From Octopus bimaculoides (taxonomy: Eukaryota), in NCBI RefSeq assembly GCF_001194135.2, contig NC_068990.1, positions 18,043,629 to 18,097,497 on the forward strand: a stretch of 53,869 nucleotides of DNA, given 5' to 3'. How positions within the stretch are numbered: position 1 is the stretch's first letter; each line of letters starts with the position of its first letter. Position numbers and translations under genes: made by a program. The notes under the pieces were generated by a model, which did not search any database, was not told the origin of the DNA, and saw only the letters and a program-made list of their open reading frames with translations. Below are positions 11,418-24,034 of the stretch, piece by piece.

Positions 11418-14400
11418 TTTTTCTAAGTACCACATAGAGGATAAGCGTTCGATTAAAAGGTGCAAGAGTTGAGAGGGTATCTATGTTTGCTAACAACTAT
11501 ATAAGCACCTAGAACAATTAGCGAAAATATGGTACATCTTATCACCAAGCTTTACTCGTTCGCAGATGACTGTTGGTTTTTTCAATTAATAATCCGTTAA
11601 TTGTAGTGAAAGACAAAGAGGAAAAAGATTAGGAAAATATACAAAAATTAATTATGAAATTGTATATGCTTATTTAAAAATTTGATAACCACCCTCACAC
11701 CACATAGCAAAACACTTCGAAATACAAGAGAAAGTCTGTTAATCAAACAAAGTTTCCAATTATCTGGTGCTTGAACCATTATTTTCTACGCATCCATCAG
11801 AATATTATGTGCAAGTATTTGTGTTTTGTTTGTTCACTTGACAAATTGTCAGCTTGCTAATCCGCTCAAGTACTTACTAAAACTATGAAAACAGAAGTAT
11901 TACTGTTATTGTTTTATGAATCACATTTTATAAGAATTAAATAAATCCTTTGTTTATTATTTACTTCTTTGTTGCAAAATTATGCTTTTTCAGCAAGTTA
12001 TTTGTTTATTATACACGCTGTACATTTGTATTTAACATTTTAAAACCGAGCGCAAGGAGAAAGCGTCAACATGGTCGCTTGATATTGTGGTGCAATATAA
12101 ACTGTCTGGAAAGTAAAAAGACAGATGAAATCCCGTTAATCATAGACTTGCGTCGCGAGAGTTGAACTGGAGTTAAACAATAGTTGTATGTTGTATGGTC
12201 AATGAATTGTGGCAATAGACAAAACCGCATCAGTTTTTTTTTATGTAAATGTAATCAGTAGGTGAAATAACTATGATAAATATGCAAGATATATCAGGGT
12301 ATATTCGAATAATGTTAATATATTTAGTGATGAAATAGTATTGATAATTAAGAAAGACATAAAAATGATCATTTANNNNNNNNNNNNNNNNNNNNNNNNN
12401 NNNNNNNNNNNNNNNNNNNNNNNNNNNNNNNNNNNNNNNNNNNNNNNNNNNNNNNNNNNNNNNNNNNNNNNNNNNNNNNNNNNNNNNNNNNNNNNNNNNN
12501 NNNNNNNTATATGTATGTATATATATGTATATGTATGTATGTATATGTGCATACATGTGTATGTATATGTGCATACATGTGTATCTATATGTACCTGTAT
12601 ACATACATACATACATGCATACATACATACGTATATATGTGTTTATGTGTATTATGCATTTGTATATATATTTGTGTGTACGTATGTATGAAGAAAGCAT
12701 AACTCAACAGAGTACGTCTGACTGTCATACACATACGTATGTATGTATGCATGCATGTATGTATGTATGTATGTATGTATGTATGTATGTATGTGTGTGT
12801 GTGTATGTATGTATGTATGTATGTATGTATGCATGTATGTATTTCAAGTCACTCGCGAATGCTACTCGCAACATGCTTTCCTGTCACGTTGTTGGCGACT
12901 AAACCGGCTCCCACAAGTAACTTGCCTACTGAGGAAGGTTAGCTAGAAACCTAACAAGAAAACCATGCCTGTCAAAAGGACGAGTGAGCGTTAACTGCTA
13001 ACCATCATTTGCGCGGGAATATAGAAGAACTTATAATGGTGATCGAGCACACTGCTAGTCTATCAGGAGTGATATATCCGTATTTCTCGTTAATAGGCCT
13101 AGGCGAATGATTTACTGTTCTAAAACCCGAAGTTTATTCAGCTCCTGGTCATCTTAGCCAACGTTGAGCCACCGGAGTAAAGCTATTCTATCGAAAAAGT
13201 GAGAGCAGTTCTGCACCCGCTTTACTATAATCATATTTGATGCACAAGAACTTAGAAAACACACAATGAACAGACAACGTGCAGTGTAGTGAAACATACA
13301 GGTAGTGTAGTGAAACACAAGTTTAACGAGTTGGAAGTATGTAATTGCAAATTTTCACATAGGAGGCTTAGGATACTGGTCACTTCTTTACCAAATATGG
13401 GAGAGTTTCGGTAATAGTTCAAGCGACTTAGTCTTTCCAAAGAAGCACTGCTCACCTGTTATTCAAGAAGGACCTAAAAAGGAGGCCTAAGCAAAGCTTG
13501 CTGACTTTCAGTATTCTTCACACTGTATCAATTTTGTGACAGTATGGGCGTTAGTGGGCGTCAAGGCATTTAATTTGATGACACAACTGTGTTCACGTTT
13601 GATTTCTTTTGAAAGAATATTTTCTATATTTCCTTATCAGTTCTTACATTTCATTTGGAATAACAACCTTTCTCAGTTCATTAACGTTTTAGATATTCTT
13701 GGTCTCATCCTCTGGAAGAAGTGATAGTAGTGTTCTATTGTTGCCGCATTATATCGTAAGCAGCAAATGACTAAGGGAATAACATTATCAATAAACCGTT
13801 GTCACTAGATGTAAAATTCTTTAGCAGTTAACTGACACTTATATTCATAGTTTAGTTCTCATCACCTCCATTTGTGTGCTGAATTTTAGCTTTTATTTTG
13901 CACTAATAAAGTTTCTAGCAAATTTTATGGAATTTATATAAGATAGTATTGCTCACAACTAACGTTTTTTTCTACTTAATTTTGTTTCTTGTACTGTATT
14001 ATAATGCGCTGTAACAGCATTTACAACAAGGAGCCATTGCAACACATTATATATACATTATATATATATATATATATCTATATATATATATATAGGTATG
14101 TATGTAAATGTGTGTATATATATATACATGTATGTGTGTATGTATGTATGTTTGTAAATACACACGCATATATGGAAGCTATATTAATCGAAAAGATATA
14201 AAATGTAACCCAATACAAAGGTAGTGCTTCTAAACAAACTATAGCTAGACTGCAAGGCCCCAAACAGTTTCCTGATTGCTGAAAGACGCTGACTTAACTT
14301 CATGTTCAGAGATATCGTAGCAGAAACAAACTATAACTGCTTTCCTTTGACTTTTTCCTTGCAATAAAGCGACAATAACAACCGATATAACCACAATTAA

Positions 14401-14619
14401 TATAATTTCATTCAAAAGATAAGATCCGGAAAGTCTTTGAAACGTGGATGGATTTCGTATAATTTATTGCTTTAAGTAGAACATAAAGAACTATTGAGAA
14501 AGTATTTTAAACGTTCCTTAAAATGTTAGGACTGGACTATAGTCGTATTTTCAGTAATACAGGTTTGGAAGAAAACATTCCACATATATTCTTACCTTTA
14601 TGCTTTTACCTTTTTACAA

Positions 14620-15145
14620 AAGTTAAGACAGCATCTTCGCTGCCGATCTCTAGTTGTGGAAGGAACGTGTGGAAAGGGTAGATTCAGGAAGAAGTGGGAT
14701 CTTCAGACCTTACAGAGGAGATGACAAGGGACCGAAATTATAGCAGTTTGCTGTACTTGAGAAGTCACGTCAAGCTAAGTAAAATCGTGGCCGTCCATAC
14801 ATAAAGGCATGTCCTCTATATCCCTCTCACCGAGAGGTCCTAGTCTTGCAGGCTCATGGGTGCTGGTGTCACGTAAAAGAACTCGTGCTGGTGTGACATA
14901 AAAACTTTCTTGCCGGTGCCACGTAAAAGTGCCCGTGCCGGTGTCACGTAAAAGCACCCATGCTAGTGGCACTTTAAAAGCACCCAATATACTGTAAAGT
15001 GGTTGGCGTCAGGAACGTCATCCAGTCAAAGAAACTACACCAAAACAGACAGATGGAGCCCGGACAGCACCCTAGCTGGCCAGCTCCTAGCAAACCGTCC
15101 AACCCACGCCAGGAGGAGAACGGACGTTAAATGATGATGATGATG
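14620..15145 (+). mobile_element. RTE-type LINE 3' end with 25-bp tandem repeats in the UTR and (GAT)n tail
   Basis: Decayed ORF end (…EEMTRDRNYSSLLYLRSHVKLS), 5 x 25-bp GGTGYCACGTAAAAG units at 14861-14988, terminus CGGACGTTAAATGATGATGATG. Confidence 0.65.
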
Positions 15146-15164
15146 TGTGATAACTCATTGACGA

Positions 15165-15339
15165 AGCAGCAGGATGTGTGGCTAAGAAGTTTGCTTCACA
15201 ACTGAGTAGTTTTGGGTTCGGCTCCACTGCACGGTGTTTTGAGCAAGTGACTTTTACAATAGTCCCGGACCGACCAAATGCTCTTATGCATTTGTGAGTG
15301 AGTTTGTTAGATGAAATTGTGTGGAAGACCACCGTATAT
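15165..15339 (+). mobile_element. SINE family A, 5' half (tRNA head plus CORE-like segment)
   Basis: GCAGGATGTGTGGCTAAGAAGTTTGCTT...GGGTTCGGCTCCACTGCACGG...GAGCAAGTGACTTTTAC. Confidence 0.7.
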
Positions 15340-15905
15340 NNNNNNNNNNTATACGTATATATATATGTAGAAATAAATAAATAAATAAATATATATATAT
15401 ATATATATAGGGAAAAGAACCAAAGTTCATGAACTCATCGATGAAAATCCAGTGTCACATATAGAAAAATTAATAAGTAAAAGCACAATAAATAAGTATA
15501 ATATAATACACAGTAAATATCATAAGATAATGATAATAAAACGACTACACGTGTTTCATATCCAATTTTCAAATAAGAAATACAGGTCAAGTACACATAC
15601 TAGGCTTGCTGGCAAGCAATGAGTGAAGGAATGTTACAGGCAGTAAAACAGAAAGAATGTCAGAGAAAGGAGGAGACGAGTATGAATTAAGGAGGTAGGA
15701 AATGGCAGGGTATTTATGAGAGAAGTTATTCAAATGAGAAATTTGTTTTATTTGATTTGATTTTAAGATAATAAACATTTTTCTTTTGAAAATTAGCATT
15801 CGTTTCATTTTTTTCTGTTAGCATCAAAACATTTGCTAAACGTTAAATTATAATATTTTATGTATGCCACATTTTCTTATATTACAACAAGGTAGGAGAA
15901 GTAGA

Positions 15906-16124
15906 CAGTAATCCCTCGACTATCGCGAGTATTACGTTCCAAAATTCGCCGCGATAAGTGAAAATCCGCGAAGTAGAAACAGTACTGTATATTTAAAAAA
16001 AATTATTTCTATAATTTGTATAAACTTATTTTATTATAAACGCAAAACGACACCACGGAGGAATCGACGTAAGCTTAAATAATAAACCGCGATAGGTGAA
16101 CCGTGGTGTGGCGAGGATTTACTG
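15906..16124. mobile_element. Tigger/pogo-like MITE
   Basis: Imperfect TIRs CAGTAATCCCTCGAC... / ...GGCGAGGATTTACTG with internal CGCGATAAGTGAA / CGCGATAGGTGAA subterminal repeats. The TA TSD is decayed. Confidence 0.7.
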
Positions 16125-16134
16125 AACTTCCGAA

Positions 16135-16166
16135 GTTACCCGTCATATGACGGGTAACATTCTAGT
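16135..16166 (+). mobile_element. Helitron-like 3' terminus
   Basis: Perfect 24-nt palindrome GTTACCCGTCATATGACGGGTAAC followed by ATT-CTAG|T. Confidence 0.55.
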
Positions 16167-16949
16167 TCAGGTACTCCACCGATTTTCCGAAAACTAATAG
16201 TCCGGCACATCCTTTAATCCGGATAAACTATGAGGAGGAATTTGAAATTAATTCTTTAGGCTACCAGTCTTTCTCACTGTATAGTTGTACCGTGTGTTTA
16301 CATGCATATTTTACGCTCCACTTGTTAATGGTGATAACAATATTTTAAGTGATCGTTTGCTTATGTAACTTAATGTTAACTTTAGCTACAGCTAATACAG
16401 GTGAGAGAACTGAAAGTCTCAGGGATAGAGTCAAATGTAAATACCAATCCATATCGACCCAAGATAAAGTAAAACTGTACATAGTACTTTAGATGCATGG
16501 GACGAGTATAACTAGTAGGTTAGAGGTGTGTTGATGGATTAGTTGTGAACAATGAAAAGTCCAGTAAAATGGTTAATCCGTCAAGGATACAAGAAAATCG
16601 GTGGTGTACCTATATCCAATAAAACAATATGTAGGCCTTTATATCTTGCCCGGTGTTCTCTCATATTGTTTTATTTGATAATAGTCGGTCATTAAAGATA
16701 CGCGAGCCTTGTCAGCAGATCTTTTGTTTCTTCAGACATTTATTTGTACCAAAGTTTTAATATATTTTCCTAGTGTTAGGACGTCTTTTAGTTGTTAAGA
16801 AAGTATGGAATTGATTAAAGAATTGGGGGAGTTGATTTGTTTCTTTTGTTTTCTGTGAAAAATAAAAGAGAAAAAAGACCCCCTCCCCACAAAAGCGGCA
16901 CTGATTAGAGTATAAACCGGACCGTAAAAATGCACCTAACTTATTGGTG

Positions 16950-17270
16950 CAGGCATGGCTCTTTGAATAAGACGCTCGCTTTGCAGTAACAACGTGGTTT
17001 CAGATTTAGTCCCACTGCGTGGCACCTTAGAAAATGTCTTCTACTATACCACACGCCCGACTAATACGTTGAGCGAATTTGCTATGTGCGTGTGCCTTTG
17101 TGTTTGTTTTTGCCCTCCCTAACGATTGACAACCGGTGTTGATTTGCTTACACCCCCGTGAGATAGTGGTTCGGCGAAAGAGAACGATTTGTTCGACTAA
17201 GTCTATCAATGCTGTACCTCAGTATGGTCGTAGTCTAATGACTAAAGCAAGTAAAATTCAAAAAAGGTAA
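16950..17270 (+). mobile_element. SINE family A, long form
   Basis: GGTGCAGGCATGGCT...TTAGTCCCACTGCGTGGCACCTTAGAAAATGTCTTCTACTATA...3' GTTCGACTAAG...GACTAAAGCAAGTAAAA. Confidence 0.75.
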
Positions 17271-17966
17271 TAGATAATTTAGCCGTTTGGCTTCTACATT
17301 TCCTTATGTTTGGAAATTATAAACTGGTTAAGGCTTTTAAGATAGAAATATGCTACAAGCACCAGATTACGCCTTCTTGATAAACGGTGTGGAATAAAAC
17401 AGGATTGACTCGAGGAAATAGCTGTAAAGTGAAGCAGAAAAAGGAAGAAAAGAAAAGAAACAAATGAAAAGAAAAATAAGTTACATAATATTTTGTATCA
17501 AACATGGTGAAGAAGATATTAAACGACATACGAATCTAATATTCCCATTTCTAACTTATCTAAGCGAGAAATAACACTGGAAAAAGATATAGAACTGAAG
17601 GTGAGAACGATAAATACTGCACGAAACATGACTTGGAAAGCCTATTCCCATAACTGTTGAGAATAACGGATACTAATATGCGAACGAATTTATACAGTTC
17701 TTGCATCGTAACTTTCTTAATATGTTACTGGTAGATTTCATAAATTATTTACAAACATTATCATTAAAAATTCAGTAGAAAATATGAGTTCTTCTCATTC
17801 AAAACTTGAAATAGATTGTCACAGTCACGAATTATTTTGTAAGGTTGTACGTTAGGGTATTACCGTATTGAAGGTAGAGTTAATACGATATGACAAGTAA
17901 ACGAATATAATAAATATAATATACAGAAGCCAGACAATTTTTCATCAATCACTTTCAAATCTTTAC

Positions 17967-18001
<35 letters not shown>

Positions 18002-18582
18002 TTACTGTCTCTGTGTGTGCGCGTGGTGCTGTAATGAGTCATTTTCTGCTGTGCGCGCGCGCGCGCGCGTATGTGTATGTGTATGCGTGCGTGTGCGTGA
18101 GTGTGTGTATACGTGTATGTATGTGGGGGTGAGTGGTGCTGCGAACATATGTATTGCAACGTAGTGTTTACAAACGTCATAAGATACAGTGTTGGCAAAA
18201 AATCTATAGACATCGTTTTATAGTACACCGTAGCAATATATATATGCACATAAAATAAATAAATTACCTCTATCTATCTATCTATCTATCTATCTATGAT
18301 ATGATATGTAATTTATTTTTCACAGCTTTACAAGAAAAAGGTAACGTTTTTAAGTTTTGTTTTCTAAGGGTCATTCATTTTTCCACAGCATTTCTTCTGA
18401 CTGTGAGAGAGACAAGGAAATGTCTGTAAAACCGGCCGAGATGACAGAACAAATATCTCAAGGAACCTCGTTTGAGAAGCGTAGCTTATTAGATTTTCTT
18501 TACTGGGTACTTTTATAAGTGGTACGTGCACCAGTAGGATCGGCATGCAGCTTTCGACTGAATAGCGCTAGAGCAGAGCAGA

Positions 18583-18637
<55 letters not shown>

Positions 18638-18721
18638 AGGTTTATGCTCGCAGATAAGGGGTGTAAGTCATGGGGCCACACAGGTTTCTTGTTGTAGAGG
18701 AGTTACTTGGCCACTCACATA

Positions 18722-18879
18722 GTGCAAGTGTGGCTGTGTGGTAAGAAGTTTGCCTCATAACTATATGGTTCCGGGATAAGTCCCGCTGAGTTGCACTTTG
18801 GGAAAATGTCTTCTACTATAGCCACAGGCTGACCAGAGTCTTGTAAGTACACGTGGTAGACGGAAACTGAAAGAAACCT

Positions 18880-18885
<6 letters not shown>
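18722..18885 (+). mobile_element. SINE family A, 5' half
   Basis: GTGGCTGTGTGGTAAGAAGTTTGCC...CACTTTGGGAAAATGTCTTCTACTATAGCC...GGTAGACGGAAACTGAAAGAA. Confidence 0.8.
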
Positions 18886-18923
<38 letters not shown>

Positions 18924-19515
18924 NNNNNNNNNNNNNNNNNNNNNNNNNNNNNNNNNNNNNNNNNNNNNNNNNNNNNNNNNNNNNNNNNNNNNNNNNNNNN
19001 NNNNNNNNNNNNNNNNNNNNNNNNNNNNNNNNNNNNNNNNNNNNNNNNNNNNNNNNNNNNNNNNNNNNNNNNNNNNNNNNNNNNNNNNNNNNNNNNNNNN
19101 NNNNNNNNNNNNNNNNNNNNNNNNNNNNNNNNNNNNNNNNNNNNNNNNNNNNNNNNNNNNNNNNNNNNNNNNNNNNNNNNNNNNNNNNNNNNNNNNNNNN
19201 NNNNNNNNNNNNNNNNNNNNNNNNNNNNNNNNNNNNNNNNNNNNNNNNNNNNNNNNNNNNNNNNNNNNNNNNNNNNNNNNNNNNNNNNNNNNNNNNNNNN
19301 NNNNNNNNNNNNNNNNNNNNNNNNNNNNNNNNNNNNNNNNNNNNNNNNNNNNNNNNNNNNNNNNNNNNNNNNNNNNNNNNNNNNNNNNNNNNNNNNNNNN
19401 NNNNNNNNNNNNNNNNNNNNNNNNNNNNNNNNNNNNNNNNNNNNNNNNNNNNNNNNNNNNNNNNNNNNNNNNNNNNNNNNNNNNNNNNNNNNNNNNNNNN
19501 NNNNNNNNNNNNNNN

Positions 19516-19892
19516 TGGACCCTATGTAGTTCTCGTGGCAGCCCGAGCATCTTATTACATAAATAAGATTTTCTGAGGCACAAGTAAAGTTAGATTTAAC
19601 TTTGAATTTGTGTCCCTCTTTGAAGAGGAATTCTGAACCTTCTAGAATGTTTGGGCATGTTGCACAATTTGGTCGACCACATTTGTTTACTTTCGCATCT
19701 GTTGTTTCGGAAAATAAATTTGCCTTTGTGAGGATCTTTTTCAGTGATTTTGGTTGTTTGTGGCTTTTGATGATTTTGTGTGTGTGTAAAATTTCCTTTA
19801 ATTTGGGGTCGTTATGTAGCATTTTGGGTGATGATGGTGAAGGCTTCTTTGTTTCTGGGGTTGTATGTGGATATGTACGGCAGTACATTTGT
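19516..19892 (-). pseudogene. Penelope-like element: RT-EN linker and N-terminal part of GIY-YIG endonuclease, truncated by a gap
   Basis: VLPYISTYNPRNKEAF (frameshift) LHNDPKLKEIL...KCGRPNCATCPNI...FTCASENLIYVIRCSGCHENYIGS. Confidence 0.88.
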
Positions 19893-19904
19893 ATATACAT
19901 ACAC

Positions 19905-19944
<40 letters not shown>

Positions 19945-19954
19945 ATGACAATCT

Positions 19955-20165
19955 TCGAGTCTGTGCTTATTCTCCACAACCACTTGACAATTGGTGTTGG
20001 TGTGTTTACGTCCACACAACTTAATGTTTCGGTAAAGGAACATATAAAATAAGTATCAGGCTTCTAAAAAGTAAGTACTGGGGTCGATTCGTTCAACTAA
20101 ATTTCTTGTAGGTGGTGCTCCAGCATGGCTGCAGTCTAATGACTGAAGCAAGGAAAAGATAAAAA
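19955..20165 (+). mobile_element. SINE family A, 3' half
   Basis: CCACTTGACAATTGGTGTTGGTGTGTTTACGTCC...AAGTACTGGGGTCGATTCGTTC...CAGCATGGCTGCAGTCTAATGACTGAAGCAAG. Confidence 0.75.
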
Positions 20166-20400
20166 AAGAAGAATACTAGGATAGAAGAGAAGGTTGAATT
20201 GGTTGGAGTGGAGCTGGCAAGAAATAGCTCTCGTGGCTTGTTCACTAGCTATATTCTCCAAGTCAGAATATACATATGTTTATTAAATCACAATATATAT
20301 ATATATGACTTCTAGATATGCAAGTTATTCATAAACACGAGGCTGTATCGGTATATTCGTTCATATATTCCTGTTAGGATCTGAGTGTGTGTGTGTGTGT

Positions 20401-20465
<65 letters not shown>

Positions 20466-22072
20466 NNNNNNNNNNNNNNNNNNNNNNNNNNNNNNNNNNN
20501 NNNNNNNNNNNNNNNNNNNNNNNNNNNNNNNNNNNNNNNNNNNNNNNNNNNNNNNNNNNNNNNNNNNNNNNNNNNNNNNNNNNNNNNNNNNNNNNNNNNN
20601 NNNNNNNNNNNNNNNNNNNNNNNNNNNNNNNNNNNNNNNNNNNNNNNNNNNNNNNNNNNNNNNNNNNNNNNNNNNNNNNNNNNNNNNNNNNNNNNNNNNN
20701 NNNNNNNNNNNNNNNNNNNNNNNNNNNNNNNNNNNNNNNNNNNNNNNNNNNNNNNNNNNNNNNNNNNNNNNNNNNNNNNNNNNNNNNNNNNNNNNNNNNN
20801 NNNNNNNNNNNNNNNNNNNNNNNNNNNNNNNNNNNNNNNNNNNNNNNNNNNNNNNNNNNNNNNNNNNNNNNNNNNNNNNNNNNNNNNNNNNNNNNNNNNN
20901 NNNNNNNNNNNNNNNNNNNNNNNNNNNNNNNNNNNNNNNNNNNNNNNNNNNNNNNNNNNNNNNNNNNNNNNNNNNNNNNNNNNNNNNNATATATATATAT
21001 ATACTTAATCATATCAAAGGGAAATGGAAATTAATAAAAATTTTGACTTCCAGTGGCGTAGCGTATAAAAATTTAGTCCAAAGACTATGAATTACTCATA
21101 AGATACAATGTATATTTAAACACATAAGAGGAATCCACTCATGGGATTCCTTACGCAAGAAAGAACAGATAGGTTCTAGAACCACAAAATTAGGGATGAA
21201 ATCCCGAAAGGAACGAAATGAAAAAATAAAAACTTTTACCATCTAGTTTCCTGGACCAATTGGTTTCTGACTTTAGTTTAGCAAATAAGATAAATTGCTT
21301 GGTGAAGTCGTTATCAACAGGTACATAATGAACACAGTTAACATAGTAAACATGCAGAGTGAGAGATACACATACCACACCTGACGGCAACGCAAACGAC
21401 ACTGAGAGTTACCAAGAACAAACTCATGTATTTGGCGCATGCACACAATACGTCAGCGTCATCTATTGCTAAACTAAATAATGAACTTTCTTATCGTTTG
21501 TTTTATTGTTGTTATCTCTTTAATTTTGAATTAAGACCGCTTTCATATTAGCAAATTTCATAATACGGCCTATATCTAGCCGAAAGTACAGCTATAATTT
21601 TGCACATGCGTGTAACTCAAAATCCTGACGTGCTAGAACAATTCTGAATTCGGATTCGGAATCAGCATTCTCGATTTAGTTTAAAACAGATGCTTTTACA
21701 CCAGTTGCAAAATCTTTGTTGTCCAGTGTTATGAATGTTTAATAATTGAATGCTGTGATTATTCAACATTTGTCTCTTTATTAGCGAAGTCTCATATAAA
21801 ATAATTCTTTGTTTTAATCTTTGAATTAAATGGTATTAATTTTCTGCCAGGTGAGTTTTGGCCAACCCTGTATATATATTAAAAGTCAGGGTACAATATG
21901 CACCTATTTGTTAGAAAGAAGAGTTAAAACTCTCCAAAGCCACGCATCTCTCGTTATATGTAAACACACACGGAGAAAGTAGCAAATATACTAAAAAAAT
22001 ACGATGTTCGTTTGGAAGTCGCGGGACCTTCAGCTGAACAGACGCGCACGGAATGGTCAGTATATTTAAATA

Positions 22073-22141
22073 AATAGTTTACGTAGTAAGCCTAGCTGAT
22101 GAGCTTTAAGTATCAATTCGGCACAGAAAGCGAAATCTATT
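22073..22141 (+). ncRNA. Hammerhead ribozyme relic (core and stem II intact, stems I and III degenerate)
   Basis: CTGATGA 22096-22102; stem II GCTTT(22103-07)/AAAGC(22127-31); GAAA 22132-35; TCTATT complementary to upstream AATAG 22073-77. Confidence 0.45.
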
Positions 22142-22428
22142 GATATTGAGATATCTTCCCTACTCTTTGTAGTTTTACAAATGGAGACGACTGTTTTTTT
22201 CTTTCTTTAGCATACTTGCTACTTTCTCAGTGCATGTTTACATATAGCGAGAGCTGCCTGACTTTGGAGAATTTAAACTCTTCTTTCTAGCAAACAGGTG
22301 CATATTGTACTCTGACTTTTAATATATATTTTGCCCATTTGGTTATGTTTGCTGGCCACTTTATCATTATTTTTTAAAGATAACGATAACTTAATTGAAT
22401 TTTGAATATATATATATATATGTATGTA

Positions 22429-22467
<39 letters not shown>

Positions 22468-23940
22468 GTGCGCGTGCGTGTGTGCGTGCGTATGTGTGTG
22501 TGTTTGTGAGTGTGTATGAACAGGCAAATAAACAGACTCTCGCATACATATTCCTAAATAAATACGGCGTTGTACACTGATGTATTTAGTATCGAAGATT
22601 TAACATAATTGATAGAATGTATGTATGGGTATATATATATATGTATATAAATATATATATATATATACATCCAATCGCATGTATGTATATACACGTATAA
22701 ACACATGTGTACACACATCTATATATGTGTATGCATGTATGTGTGTATGTATGTATGTATTTATGTACGTATGTATGTACTTATGTATGTACGTATGTGT
22801 GTATGTATGTATGCATGTATGTATTAACGTTACCTTCAGACTTCGCTTTTTTTTTTATCTGCCCTCATCTACCAACGCCGTCCTCTCGGCATTTCTACAC
22901 TTCCTGCGTGTCTCTTCTTAATAATACCAATTCGGTGTTAATCACAGCACTTAAGACTGTTTCTATATCCGTGCAGTGGCTAAAATAGGATCCGTCTCTT
23001 GGTTATTATCACGAGTGTTGTCCCTGCAACAGCCAGATTGTCTAGCATGTCACGTTTACCGTCAATATGTGTATATATGGATGTATCTCTCTGTGTGTAT
23101 GTATGCATGCTTGTATGTATCTATGTACTTATGTATATATATATATGCATGTACGTATATATGTATATATGTATGCATGTATGCATGTGTGTATGCATGC
23201 ATGTATCTGCCTGTGTCTGTATGCATGAATGTTATGTGTATGTATCAGTTGCGTGTATGTGCATATGCATGCATGTATGTTTTGAGGTATGCATATATAT
23301 ATACGTATGTGTGTGTGTACATACGAATATAGACATGCATGCACGTATATATACACGCATACGCGTATGTATGTGTATATGTACCTTTGTATTGCTGTTG
23401 ATATGATGAGTATTTTCAGTCAGAAATAGTAACAGATTATTTGCAAAAGTAGTTTTGCTTCGGATTTATCTAAATTCTTCATCGTAGATTTCAAACCAAT
23501 CACTAAGAAAGTGACAAAGCCTCTTTGTTTGAGCCAAGACAATTCCAGTGGTTTGTGAATGTATGTTTGAGTGCCATGTCACCAGTGAATATATCTTGCT
23601 ATATGCTTGCCTATATGTCTGTGTGAATGAATTTGATCTCATATAAATGACTGTAATGTTTTCTTTTACAGAAGCGTTCATGATTTTATGTATGTATGTT
23701 TGTATGTATGTATGTATGTACTTACGAACAAAGTCACACTCACATCTGTAAATGTGTGTATGGTGTATGCCGAAATATGAGAGCGTGGGAAAATAAATGA
23801 CTGAGCGCAGCTGTCTTGGACATTGACGATTTGGTACAACTGACTGGACATTCAAGCTATTTTGGCGACAGTACAGTTTTGTACTGGAAACATACCCATG
23901 TACACATGAACGTAGGCACAGGAAAATATACATAGAAATA

Positions 23941-24019
<79 letters not shown>

Positions 24020-24028
24020 AAGAGAGAA
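23941..24028. repeat. (GA)n microsatellite
   Basis: Direct inspection. Confidence 0.95.
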
Positions 24029-24034
24029 AGGTGT

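Noticed and set aside
14861-14988. Regularly spaced short repeats superficially like a CRISPR array (also 42754-43508)
   Set aside because: There are no unique spacers of constant length and no cas genes, and the context is a eukaryotic retroposon.
16380-16410. Possible 9- or 15-nt microexon (ag|CTACAG/CTAATACAG|gtgaga)
   Set aside because: Splice motifs alone are too common to support it without junction reads.
17270-17480. Very strong minus-strand splice acceptor (…ttcactttacag|ctatttcc) with a short frame YFLESILFYSTPFIKKA*
   Set aside because: TTTACAGCTATTTC looks like the terminus of a repetitive element abutting an A/G-rich tract. There is no good donor and no recognisable product.
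18510-18517. TATAAAAG on the minus strand with an upstream (GA)n tract
   Set aside because: The motif is expected by chance in AT-rich DNA, and no downstream ORF or donor supports a promoter.
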